Below are positions 26,701 through 39,900 of a stretch of 64,000 nt of DNA, piece by piece. The notes beneath the pieces were generated by a model that worked only from the letters and a program-made list of their open reading frames with translations, was not told the origin of the DNA and did no database searches. A program made the translations under genes and the position numbers. This DNA comes from Octopus sinensis (taxonomy: Eukaryota), in assembly GCF_006345805.1 (NCBI RefSeq), contig NC_043005.1, positions 21,824,001-21,888,000 on the forward strand. Reading direction: 5' to 3'. Position 1 is the stretch's first letter. Each line of letters opens with the position of its first letter.

Positions 26701-29700
26701 CACTTTCCTGTGCACTCTTACTGTTTATTGTTCTTGCACATCTTTCACAGACAAAGCTTACTTTCTGTTAACCAGCCTGTAATTCTACAGCACCTCTTGT
26801 GTATTCATAGTTCACTCTGATTACATGATATAGAAGTTCTACCTGCTCCTTTTCTACATATTGAGTAATGTCATTTCCTTTATGGCGGTATAGTTGTGTC
26901 TCATTTCCTACTTATTAAAACTTAAGTGTTTACTAAGTTAATTTTCATGCCATTTGCTTCCACACCCTGCGTTTCATTTCTAATTCCACAACAGACTGGC
27001 TATTATAACAAGGTCATTAGCATAGAATGGTTTCCATGGGCATTCATTCTTAAACTTCTTTGTTATGACCAGGAGGACTACAACAAAAAGAAAAGAACTC
27101 CAAACCAAGCCCAGGTGAACTACTACCTGCACAACAGATTTGCTACTGCACTCATTGCTAACTTTCACAATAAGCGATTTTCTTATGAACTACATTAGTT
27201 GAGTACATTAGTAACACCATATGGCTTTATCAAAGCCTCAAATATGAAGTGCAATTTAGTTGGGAAAAGAATTACATTTATGTATATTTATAGGATAAAG
27301 CATTACCAAGAAGAAAGCAAACATGTACATGGGGAGGAAAATCAAGGGCTTCTCCCATAAATAGAATAACATTAGTTTTAAGATGTGTATTAAGATGGGT
27401 GTATACAGTTTTAGATAAAGAGTAATTAGATCTAACAGTAGAAATATATGCATGCATACACACACACACACACACACACACTCACTCATATACGAGTATG
27501 TGTGTGTATGTATCTGCAGGTACTTGATAGCATCACAATGCCAAATTGTGCTCATTTTCAAGAGACATTGCATTTAGTTACTTCTGAAGTCAGATGTCAG
27601 TTTAGTTGGAGAGAAATAATGCAGTTATTAATAAAAACAGCTGAAATTAATACCTACGAGAATTCACAGCTCTAGTATCACTCCTTTATAGTCAGTGGAA
27701 ACACCCAGCTTCACTTGTTCCAAAGAAGGCCATGGTTGTTTCATCTGTGGGGAAGGTGATGGTCTTAGTTTGTTGAGATAAAAAAGGCATTATGTTTATT
27801 GACTATCTTCAAAAGGGCCATACCATCAATGAAGAGTACATTACCAACTTGCTGAGTCAGTTACAAAAAGCTATCATGACCAAACACCCAGGAAAACTGA
27901 TGAGGTCTTGTTTCATCAGAACAATGTTCCAGCACACAAGTCCTTGGTTTCATGGTTGCTATGTCTGGCTGTGACTTTGATCACTCTTGCTATTCTCCTG
28001 ATTTGGCCCCATCTGACCATCATCTATACCCCAACAGGAAAAAAACACTTGGCTGGGAACCAGTATTGCAGTGATGACATCATATCTGCCGTTGATGGCT
28101 TTTTTTTAGTAGTAGGAAGAAAGCTTCTTTACCAATGGGATCCAGAGCACTGCAATACCAGTGTAAGAAGTATATGGACCACACGGGGAACTATATTGAA
28201 AAATAAACCTCATTTGGTTAAATTCCATGAGAGTATTTTGGTCAAGGTATAAACTTTTCAGCTGACTTCGTATTTGTTATAAATAAATTCTACATTTAAA
28301 ACAATTTATGAATTGGTTGCTATATAATTTTTAATTTGTGTGTGGGAGTATAAAAAGTATTTCTTGTTTACTTTCTTATTTTTCTAGCCAAAGATGATGT
28401 TTTGGTACTTAAAAGCACTTCCATACCAGGGCATGATAGTTTTGAGCGGCTGAAAGATGTGAGCTTAAAGGAGTGTGATCATGCTTGTCATCAAAATCCA
28501 GGATGTAACTCTTATGAGTATAATGAAAAACTTAAGTTGTGTGATCAAAGTAATGTGACTCACTTGACTCAAGACCTTCTACCCAACACATGGGAATGGA
28601 ATACTTACATCATTAACCCAGGTCAGTAGAGTGTTTTTATTCTTTTGCTTTGTATGCTTACATATCTATATGTTTGTATGTATTTACATATACCTAAATG
28701 TGTGTTTATAATATATATAAACTGCACAGTGGATACCATAACCTCAGCCCCTGTGTGAACTTGGATCCTCATAGCTTATCAGCTGGAGCACTCAGACTGC
28801 ATATAGATTAATTTAGGTTACTAGTGACCTAAAATCTTCATATTCTGCATATACATATTCCACATGCTGGTAGCTGCCTGTGCTGGTGGCTGCCCATGCT
28901 GGTGCCACATAAAAAGCACCTTTGAGCATTGGGCCTCACAGAGGCAATGTGGCTGATGTTGGTGTCATGTAACTAGCACACCAGTGACACATAAAAAGCA
29001 CCTTCCATATACTGGGCTTCACAGAGGCAATGACAAATTACATACTTAAGAAGATCCATCAAACCAAGTGAAATCGTAGTCATGGCAGATATTGGTGTCA
29101 TGCAAACTGACACCCACACCAGTGTGCATGTAAAAGCACTTGTTACACTCTCAGAGTGGTTGGCTTTAGGAAGGGCATCCATCCACAGAAACCATATCAA
29201 ATCAAACTAGAGTCTGGTGCAACCTTCAGCCTACAAGCTCCAGTCAAACTGTCAGCCCATGCTAGCATGAACAACAGATGTTAAACAATGATGATATTGA
29301 TGATATGTGTGGATAGTATTTAAGGACACATGCATTTTTAGTCATTATTTTATTTGACTAATTTTTATTGAACTTCTATTTCAGAAAAAAACAATGACAG
29401 GCCATATGTTTACTAATGAACTGAAAATGCATGCTGTGATTGTGGCTCTGAAGGCTAAGCATGGTGATTTAGAAATTTCTCATTTTCTGAAAGTTGCAAC
29501 ATCTTTTGTCCACAAGATTCAGTGTGAGTTAGAGAAAGAAGATGGAAGCATATTACCTGTATCAAAATGTAAAAAGCATTCCAAACGCTCTGATTCTATC
29601 AGGACACCTGAATTTATTCAGAAAGTTAAGCAAAACATTGAAGACAATCCAGGAAAATCAATGAAGTCAATTGCAAAAACATTTTGTGTACCAGAAAAAA

Positions 29701-32700
29701 CAATCAGAAATGCTGTGCATGAAGACATCAGATACAAATCTTAAATGATGAGGTGAGGTCAATTCATGTCAGAAAAAGCAAAAGAAAACTGTTTAATTAA
29801 ATCCAAAAGACTTTTGAACAAACTTAAAAATTCATCAGAAGATGGTGTGATTTGGTTTTTCTTAGATGAGAAAAACTTTGACTAGGACCAGAAACTAATA
29901 AAAGAAATGACAGATGGATATGTACAGTCCCTTCTGAGATTCCAAGAGTAATGTACACAAAATTTCCAGCAAGTGCCATGGTTTTAGGTGTTGTTAGCAA
30001 TGACAGACATGTGATGCCGCCTCACTTTTTACTACAAGGCCTTAGGGTGAATGCTGCTACATGTATTGAGGTTCTGGATAAAGTTGTTAAGCCTTGGGTC
30101 AACAATGTATGCAATGGGATGCCTTATGTCTTTCAACAAGATTCTGCACATGGCTCATATGACACAAGAATGGATGGCCAACAATTTTCATGATCACATC
30201 ACCGCCAACATTTGACCTCCTAATTCTCCAGATCTCAATCCACTGGACTACTTTGAATGGAACATCATTGAGAAAAATGTCAATTAACTCCCCCATAGCA
30301 TCTTATAAAGCTAGATTTATATATCCTAAATTTGCAGAAGAATTTGTCATTGGGTCAGTTTAGCTTAATGGTAAAGCACTGTAATCACAGAGATGTGAGT
30401 TCGAGTCTCATGGGTGGCCACTAACTGATTTTTCTGCAAAATATGGATAGTTTATCCTGCATTTGAGAATAAAATTATTCCCTTATCTGTATCTTTCAAT
30501 ACATCTCAATGCTTCTAAATTAAACTTTGTTTGTTGACTTTCAATGTAAGTTGAATGTAAAGTTGAATTTAGCATACATATATATTATATATAAATATAA
30601 TATGTGACAAATAGTTGGTTGTCATAATAAAACTCAGAGTTTTGGATACTGGGGTTGAAGTCTGCTCTGGCATCTCATCAGTTATTAAGCCAAAAACGCT
30701 ATGTAAAAACTGTTGAATAAAGATAAATTATTCCAATAGGCATGGTGAAAGTAATACTTCATTCATAGAATCCACATATGCACACATATACACACTCACA
30801 CACACATGTACGCGCACACACACACACACACATGTATGTCTATATATCTAAATACATACACACTCATGTGTATATACATACAAACACACATATATACATA
30901 TATACGTCTACGCATACACATACGTTCACCTACATATATGCCCATGCACGCATCATTACGCTCATATATACATCCCTACACACACACACATATATATACA
31001 TACATACATGGATATACAAAATTTAGTTTATATACACATGCATATACATATGTGGAATACATATATACAAATAAAAACACATACGCAAAAATGCACACAT
31101 CATTATGTTCATATACACATCTCTATGCACACATACACATACATACGCAGATATACAAAATGTAGACTATACGCACATACACATATATACATGGATAGAC
31201 GTATATACAAATAAAAACACATACACAAAAAACATAAACCATAAAACATTCACATTTGCTGCAAAACTTGAATATATAAATGAGTTATATATGTATATAC
31301 ACAAATACACCCTCCTGTCTGTCAAATACATCTACATCTGTAGATATATAAACATATATACATACATATATGTATGAAGGAAGTACAACAGGTAGAGTCT
31401 TGCACTCGTATATATACTGTCATTAATACACATGTATATGTGCATGCACATATACATTAGGTGTATACTACACACATATAAGTTACACAGTTATAAAGGG
31501 TGAAAAATAATATACAGAAAAAATATATGAAGTAATAAAATATATAAATATGTAAGAGATATTAAGACATATGAAAGGCTTGTATGTGGACGTAATATAA
31601 AAAGCCGGTTCTATCTGTGATCTTGTTGGGTCCAGAAATGTAGCAAATATTTTGCCAGATGTGGACACGACCCAAAAAGTTCAGTTCTTGGACTTTTCCA
31701 GATAAGCCATCTTTCCATATTGCAAAGACAGAACTTTCCACTATGAGGCTCACTGAAAGATCTTGGCCAAGTGTAAGCCTTACACCAACAGTAGTGGAAA
31801 GTGTGGTCTTTGCAATATGGAAAGATGGCTTATCTGAAAACGTTCTTTAGAACCCGCTGGAATTTTCAGATGTGGAAGAAGTGAAGAAAAGAAACAATAG
31901 AAATGTTAAAAGGCATCACTTCACAAAAGTTCCAGCACTGCTTCAGACAGTGGAAAACACACCTGGTCTGATACATTGCTTCAAATGGAGAATACTTTGA
32001 AGGTGATAAAAGTGTAAACATGTAAAGCTAAGTGAATAAAATAATATTTGGGTAACCCCTCATATATACATAAATACATACATTGATGCTTACATACATA
32101 CATATATACATGCATACACAGTGTAAAACTCAACAATCCTCTGAAACAGATTTCCGATATTCTTGCTATCTTCCAATCTACCACCCTTACTTATAATAAT
32201 ATTAATGATAATTTCTGATTTAGGCACAAAGCAAACATTTTCTGACAGATGCTTTTTTTTTCAATACCTCAATCCCTACAATTTGACTAGTATATTATGT
32301 TATCTATCCCTGCAAGTAAGGTTGACCTCAGCTTGATTTTACCTAAAAAGCAAAACATTACAAAATCAGTAAAGTTATATTTAGTTACATCTTTTAACAT
32401 TGTGGCTTCAAATCCCAACAAAACATACTTCACTGGTCTTCACTAAGGAAATAACAAGGGACCAGGAGTTGTGGCAATTTGCTGAGGATGCACCAAGATA
32501 AGTCATGTCGCTGTTATCTATACATATAAGTTTGTCCTTTACAGGTGCTGGTGCCACATACAATTCACTCATGCTGGTGCTGCATAAATGTACCTATGCC
32601 AGTAGCACAAACATACATTCATATGTATTTATTTGTCACTGGCATGGATGTACATACATACATTCATACACACACATACATACTTACATGTATTATATCT

Positions 32701-33751
32701 ATGTGCAAATTTCATTAATTTGATTCACTTTGTATCTTTTATTGTAACATTGTCATTATTTCTTTATTCTCATCCTGTTCCTAATATTGATGTCAATTTA
32801 TTTCCTCAATTTCAGTTAACTCAAAAATTAACTGTGGACAACCAAAAGACATTGTTGGTGCTGAAAAGGACTACAAATCTACCGACTATAAATCTGAAGT
32901 GACCTATACTTGTCCATCAAGTGAGACAATAAAGTCTATATGTGAAAAGAACAGCACATGGACTCCAGTACCACCTATTTGTTACGGTAACATAAATAGC
33001 TTCTCTCTTATTGTTTTTGTCCATGTAATTTTGTTTTATTTTTGTGCTAAGTGTCTTTGTCAGAGGAGGACTGACAAACTCTATGACAATTTCCACAGTT
33101 ATTGTAACTGGTAGAAGCTATCCTTAGAGAGGAATTTATCCTCAGACCAGAGACCTCACCAAATACTTGTAACAGACTGCATTCCCTTAATTCTTCCCAA
33201 GGGCAAGGTAATGCTATTTAATCAAGTGATGGATTAAGTATGCTGATCAAGAACTGGTAGTTTGAAAGCTTCCACATTGACCTTTCTCGCCAATACTCTT
33301 TGTCATCATTACACTGTGGCTTCAAATCCCAACAAGACATATTTTACTGGGCTTCACTAAGGAAATGAAAGGGACTAAGAGTTGTGGTAATTTGCTGTAC
33401 TTAGGAGGATGTGCTTAGTTAAGTGAAATTGGTGTCATCTATACATACAGCTTGTCTTTTCCAGGTGCTAGTGCTGCATAACATGCACTCATGCTGGTAC
33501 TGCATAAAAGCACCCATACCAGTGGCACATTAAGAGCACCCAATACACACACTGTAAAGTGTCTGGCATTAGGAAGGACATCCAGCCTGAGAAATCATGT
33601 CATAACAAACAACTGGAGTTTGGATGGCACCCTGGCTGGCAAGTTCCTGTCAAATCATCCAACCCATGCCAACATGAATGATAGACGTTAAATGATGATG
33701 ATGATGATGATGATGTGTGTGTGTGTGTGTATATATATATATGTATTTATA

Positions 33752-33805
<54 letters not shown>

Positions 33806-35093
33806 AATATATATATATGTGTGTGTGTATGTGTGTGTGTACACATACATATATATACATACATACCAGACTGAGTCAAAATGTTTTCTGTATTTCAAGC
33901 TTTAATAGTTTTATCAAGTTACATGCAAGAACTATTTATTCATCAATTCCATGCTTATATCATTTGACTGATTTAGAGACAGAAAACTCCCTGCATCTAC
34001 ATTATTGAACCTCTAGCCATGCAGAAAAGGAGTCATGGTTCAACAAAGATGGTAATCTGATGATGCAAGGTCTGGACTGTAGGCAGAGTGAGGTAGCACT
34101 TCCAGCACCTCAAATTTCTCAAGTTTGCATTTAGTCACTTTGGGAGTTTGTGCTGGGGCATTGTCATGCTGTAGGAGTGCACATCTTCAATTGATCAATG
34201 TCAGATAGCAGGCTTTCAAAGCATCATAGACTCACTGCAGTTGTTGAGCATAAGGTTAGCATTCACAGCATGACTATCTAGGACAAGTTCAAAGTACAAC
34301 ACCCTCTCAAAATTCCACCAAACACACATGACCTGTTCAAACTGCCTTTGTTTGACAACAGATTCTGAAGCTTTGCTAGAATAAAGCCACTGATTTTGGA
34401 AATAGGATTTTGAAAATACATCTGTCTCTCATACCCAGTTCCAATTCAATGCTAAAAAAAAAGACATCGTGAGGATTTGTCCACTGTTGTTCACAAATGT
34501 TTGCATGTCATTGAGCCTAGTCATTGGTTTGTTCATGAGGAACTTCTCCACAGCATTTGTTTACAAGGCTGAACTAATGATGGTGTTGAATAATGGTGCT
34601 TTGTGAAGAACCAGGTTCTACTGACAATGTATGAGTGATTGGGCCTGGTTGTTGTTCAACCATTTCAAGCAAAGCAGTGTCTTCCAAACAGAATGTCTGC
34701 CTGACCTTGGTTTGTCTTCAAGGCTAGTGTCACCTTCCTTGAAATGTCTGAACCAGTTTTGTGCCACATGTTTACTGACAGTTGCTCGGCCATCCACATA
34801 ATTTACTTCCTTTGACACTTACCTTGCACTTAATTATTTTTTCTATAGGTTGAATAAAATGGCTCTAATTGCAATTTTTTCACCACACATTATCAGAGCT
34901 GTAAAATAAAGAATAAGCAGTTAGTGATTATATGTTATGTATGAAAATTAACAGTAAAAAATTCAGCAGTGATTGGACAAGTTGTTTCAAATTCCTGATA
35001 GAACATGGGGATACAAGTTACCAAATATCATCAGTGAAAATCAAAATGTTTGACACAATCTGTTATGTGTGTGTGTTTGTGTGTATGCATATG

Positions 35094-35127
<34 letters not shown>

Positions 35128-36946
35128 TGTATGTATGTATGTATGTATGTATGTATACAGATAGATAGATAAATAGATAGATAGACAGACAGACATTATT
35201 GGAGCAAAGTATGAGTGAACTTGAGATCAAGCAGAGAGAATGCAAATCCTTAATTCATATGCTATAAATGATCATGATATCTTGGACTATAAAAATCTGC
35301 AAACCTTCTTAAGGTTTAAAGTTCCTTCACAACCTTGCTATCTTGTCAAAATCTATTCTCAAATTAAAAGGAGAAGAAAATACACACACTCACACATACA
35401 AGGTATCCCCCCCCACACACACACACACCAAATGATTGATTGTTAAGTTAGTATTTATGAATAGAAATTAATAGAAAGGAATCTTTTTGTGTACAGTTAT
35501 TTTCAAACTGAAGGCCATTTTGCCTAGGCACTATTGATAATGTGAAGTAATAAAATTGGAAACATAAGAAACATTTTGTTTGGTATGTGTCTATTTTTAC
35601 ACAACAGTTGTTTTTGGTTCATCGACTTCTGCTTGTTTTGTACCATAAATATTATTTTGTAAGCATCTGCATAAAAAAAACTGAGTGATGTAAGATTTGG
35701 AGACGGCAGAGTTTATTTTACAGAATCTCTTCTTCCACTCCTCCAGTTCAGCCCCACCTCATCAAGATTAGTCATTACTGTGATAGTCTGGGGGTGCTCT
35801 GTCTTCCTGGAAATAAAACTCCACATCTTCAAAATCCTCTTGAATGCTTGGCATGGTAGATAGTCATCGCAGGTTCAAGTAAATAAGATCGCTCACTGTA
35901 CTATCAAAAAGAATGATCTGGTTATTCAATTTGAATATAAGCTGTGCCATACTTTTAACTCCTGATAAATTAACGTGATGTTCCTCAGTAATATGTGGAT
36001 TCTAAGGACCCCAGAAGGTTGACTGTGACAGCTGAGCCATTTAATTTAGATACAGCCTCATCACACTAAACAATCTTTCTTAGAATGTATGCACTTCCTA
36101 TACATCTTGTCAAGTACACACACAAAACTCTGGGACTATAGAAATCTAAAGATTTAGAGGATAATGAATAAAATAAAATGCTTTCCCTTACAATCTTACT
36201 AGCAAGCAGGTGGCCAATCAAAGTGTATTCTAAATTAAAAAGAGAAAAAGAACATGCATGCACGCACGTGCACATACACAGGCATACACACATACTTACA
36301 TACATGCATACACACACACATACATACATGCATGCATGGTGGCTGCCCCCTCGTTATCGAGTGTGGCCATTGCGCAAAGCTTAATCAATGTTGTTATCGT
36401 GCAATGCCTGTGCAAGAAGATTTTTTTTAAAGTGAGGAAAGGCTGTGCACTGAGTCAGTCCCACTCACTAAGCAACAGCAGCCATAATCCAAAAAGAAGA
36501 ACAAGTCAACAGCATCAGTAACCACTGAGCCACAGGTTTTATGTCAGAGTTATCCCAGTTACCTGAGTTACCTTCTCCTCGAAGGATGCCCTAACAAACG
36601 CTAGAAGTTCTTCACTCCCAATGGTTTAACCGCATGGTCGGGTATTCAGTCCAATTATTTCTATGTCCCCACGCATGATACAGCCTTAAGACATTTATTG
36701 GATGGCCGTTGACTCTCAAGAGTTCCTCCACCCTTTGACGGGTTTTGTTTTTCATCCCGCAGGGTGTCCAATAAACACCCTCCTCACCAAGCAAGCAAGC
36801 TTGGTGGGGTTGCCGGTTTAGTCGCTGACGACCCGACCATGCAACAGGTTGTACTGGGTTACATGTTACCAGTAGCACTCGAAAGTGACCTGACATACAC
36901 ATGCATGCATACATACATACATACATACATACATACATACATACAC

Positions 36947-36977
<31 letters not shown>

Positions 36978-39900
36978 TACATACATACATACATATATAC
37001 ATACATACTTACATATATACATTTTTATATGTGTGCTTGCATCTAAGTATGTATTAGTATGCAGATGTCTTCAGACTGTTTCACTCAATATTTTCATTGT
37101 AACATTGTCATTATCTCCTTATTCTCACCCTCCCCCAAACATACTCTCACCATTGACACCAGTTTCTCCTTTCAATTTCAGTTCACTCCAAAGTTAACTG
37201 TGGACCACCAAAAGACATTGTTGGTGCTGACAAGTCCTACAATAGCACCTCCTATAATTCTGAAGTGACCTACACTTGTCCAGAAGGAGAACACTTTAAG
37301 TCAATATGTAAAAAGGATAATAAATGGTCTCCAGTAAATTCTTCATGTAAAGGTAATGTAAATAACTTCCTTTTTGTTGTCATTGTCAGGGTAATCTTAT
37401 TTTATTTTTGTGCTAAATGTCTTTGCCAGAGGAAGTCAGCTGACTCTTTGACAATTTATGCAGTGTTTGTAGCTGGTGGAAGAGACAAAGGAAGTTGTCC
37501 TCAGACCAGATACTTCCCAAAATGCTTGCAACAGAGTGGACATCATTAATTCTATCCAAGGGTAAAGTATTAAATTGGGTGACAGATTAAGTCTCCCAAC
37601 AGAAAATTTGAAATGTGATAGTCTGTTCCCTCCAGCAGATATCCATAGTTTCCATTTACCAGATTTCATCCTTAATTCTGAAGCAAATTTTTAATAAACT
37701 TTTCACCACATAACTAATATTCCACCCAGGACCACAGTATTTTGAAGTATTGTTCTTAACCTCATAGTCATACTGAGGATGTCTATGTAGATCTCTTAAT
37801 TTCCAACCTAACCTTTTTCCCTTGTACCATGTATCCTCATCCAAAACTCTGTGCAATATAATGCTCCTAAGTCCTTCCTCACTAAAATTCAACAATCTTT
37901 TGAAATAGCCTTCCAATATTCTAACAATCCTTCTAATCCACCAACCTTAATTATCATCATCATCATCATCATCATCGTTTAACGTCCGCTTTCTATGCTA
38001 GCATGGGTTGGACAGTTCGACTGGGGTCTGGGAATCCAGGAGGCTGCACCAGGCCCAGTCTGATTTGGCAGTGTTTCTACAGCTGGATGCCATTCCTAAC
38101 GCCAACCACTCCGTGATTATAATAATTATAATAAATGCAATTAATATCAATGATGGGTTTCTTTTAATTTATTCACAAGACCAAAAATTTTTGATGGCAG
38201 GTGTTTAGTCTTTACGCTTGACTTCAGTACTTGACTGGTACTGAATTTTATCAATCCCCAAATGGATAACAGACAAAGTTGACCTTTTCTGGATTTGAAC
38301 TCAGAAAATAAAAAGCTTGAATACATAATGCAACAGCTTCTTGTCAATGTTCTAACGATTCTTTGAGTGAACAATTCTTAATAATAAAAATGATAATAAC
38401 AATTATTAACATATAATTGCAGATGACATACATTTTAAAAGGGATGATGTTGATGTTGATGGTGATGGTGATGTCAATGACAGCAATAATGACAACAATG
38501 ATGTCATTTACAATAATGATAATGATGCAATTCTACTGATACAGGAGTACTTCTCTCTAGGGCTTATAAAGTAATCCCATGGTCCAACATCACTATGTTC
38601 ACTGAGTAGATATGTCCTCACCAATTGTCATCCTCTGATCTCCAACCTTATACAGATTTGTCCAAATAACTCTTGTAAATTTTGCCACTTACACACACTT
38701 TTCAATGAATTTACCCTTCCCACCTTCACTTTTATTTACAAGTGAAACTTTGCAAGATGATGATTTAATAACCAAATATAAAAGTCACAGCTGTTTCTAG
38801 ACATTTCATTTATCCGCCTCCAACTTACTTTTTTACAGCTTCATTAATATAACATCATAAATTCTAGATCTATGATAGAATGCACTCAGTATATTCCATA
38901 ATATGTTTAGTAAATGAGTACTGAGATCACAGTGTTGAGAAGAACTTTATTCTTGCCTTGACCACAATATGATGACAATTTATGAAATGCTGGTGCCATA
39001 ATTAAATACACCTTATACACTCTGTAAAGTAGTTGGTGTTCAGAAAGGGATCCAGCCAAGAAAGTATGCCAAAATAAAACATACAAGTGAGAAGTGACCC
39101 TCAATTCTGACCAGAGTGTGAAGGGCAGTAACTTTGAATAAAAACTGACCCAGATGCTGTCCAGTCTTATCCAGCATCATGGAAAGTGGACATAAAATGA
39201 TAATGACAATATATCTATATATATAAAACTCAACTTGTGTGTGTGTGTGTCTGTGTGTTTAACTTCCCAGCACATCTCCTCCTAGCCAACAAATCGTAGA
39301 ACCACCAAAAATGGGTCACTTAAAGTTTAGGCGAATGAAAATTGAACTGTGCTATTTCTGTTCCGAAATTCATCTCACTAGTGCAAAAATCGATAATGTG
39401 CTTGTTTAGGCCTTATCCCATGCATTGAATAGTGAACTTTACTCACTCAGCTGTTTGACATGAACTGTGTTCATCACACGTGCAAGCATGCGTAAAATGC
39501 ATGAAAAATAAAAAATCAAGATATAAAAACTAATCGCTGTAAACATTGTAGAAATTCGGCAAAGAAATGAATTTTCGGGATGTAGCCTGAAGGGTTTTTT
39601 CGTATTAATCGTTTGGACTTTGTGAACACATACCAATTGTTTTCATAACATTTTTAACGCTTTGAATTAAATGTGACCATTTTGCGTTGAGTCTGCAGTT
39701 TGAATCACTTTAACCAAATTTTAGCAGGCCGGATTTTTGATCATCATGATACATCACCAGCGACTCCCTGAAACTCTCCTCTGAAATCCCCGTTGAGAAA
39801 TACTGATCTAAAAGAATAATTCAACAATGCAATTATTTGATCAACAAAAATTTATGAAATGCTTCTACGTACTTCCTATTGAGGAAATGGAACACATAAG

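Larger units (their letters stand above)
4740..28720 (+). repeat. Copy 1 of an intragenic segmental duplication (exons 2-8 with flanking intron)
   Basis: Exon order and long intron stretches match 36900-62080: 4830-6900 with 37020-39200, 7260-9240 with 40780-42770, 21150-25320 with 53390-57570. Roughly 90-95% identity by eye, interrupted by copy-specific TE insertions. Confidence 0.85.

Noticed and set aside
30778-31377. ORF-track proteins rich in YI/HT/CV/YL repeats (also ~11555, 33650-34008, 36612-37197, 48128-48497, 52683-52995, 63113-63459)
   Set aside because: These are translations of (TA)n, (CA)n, (TACA)n and (GATA)n microsatellites.
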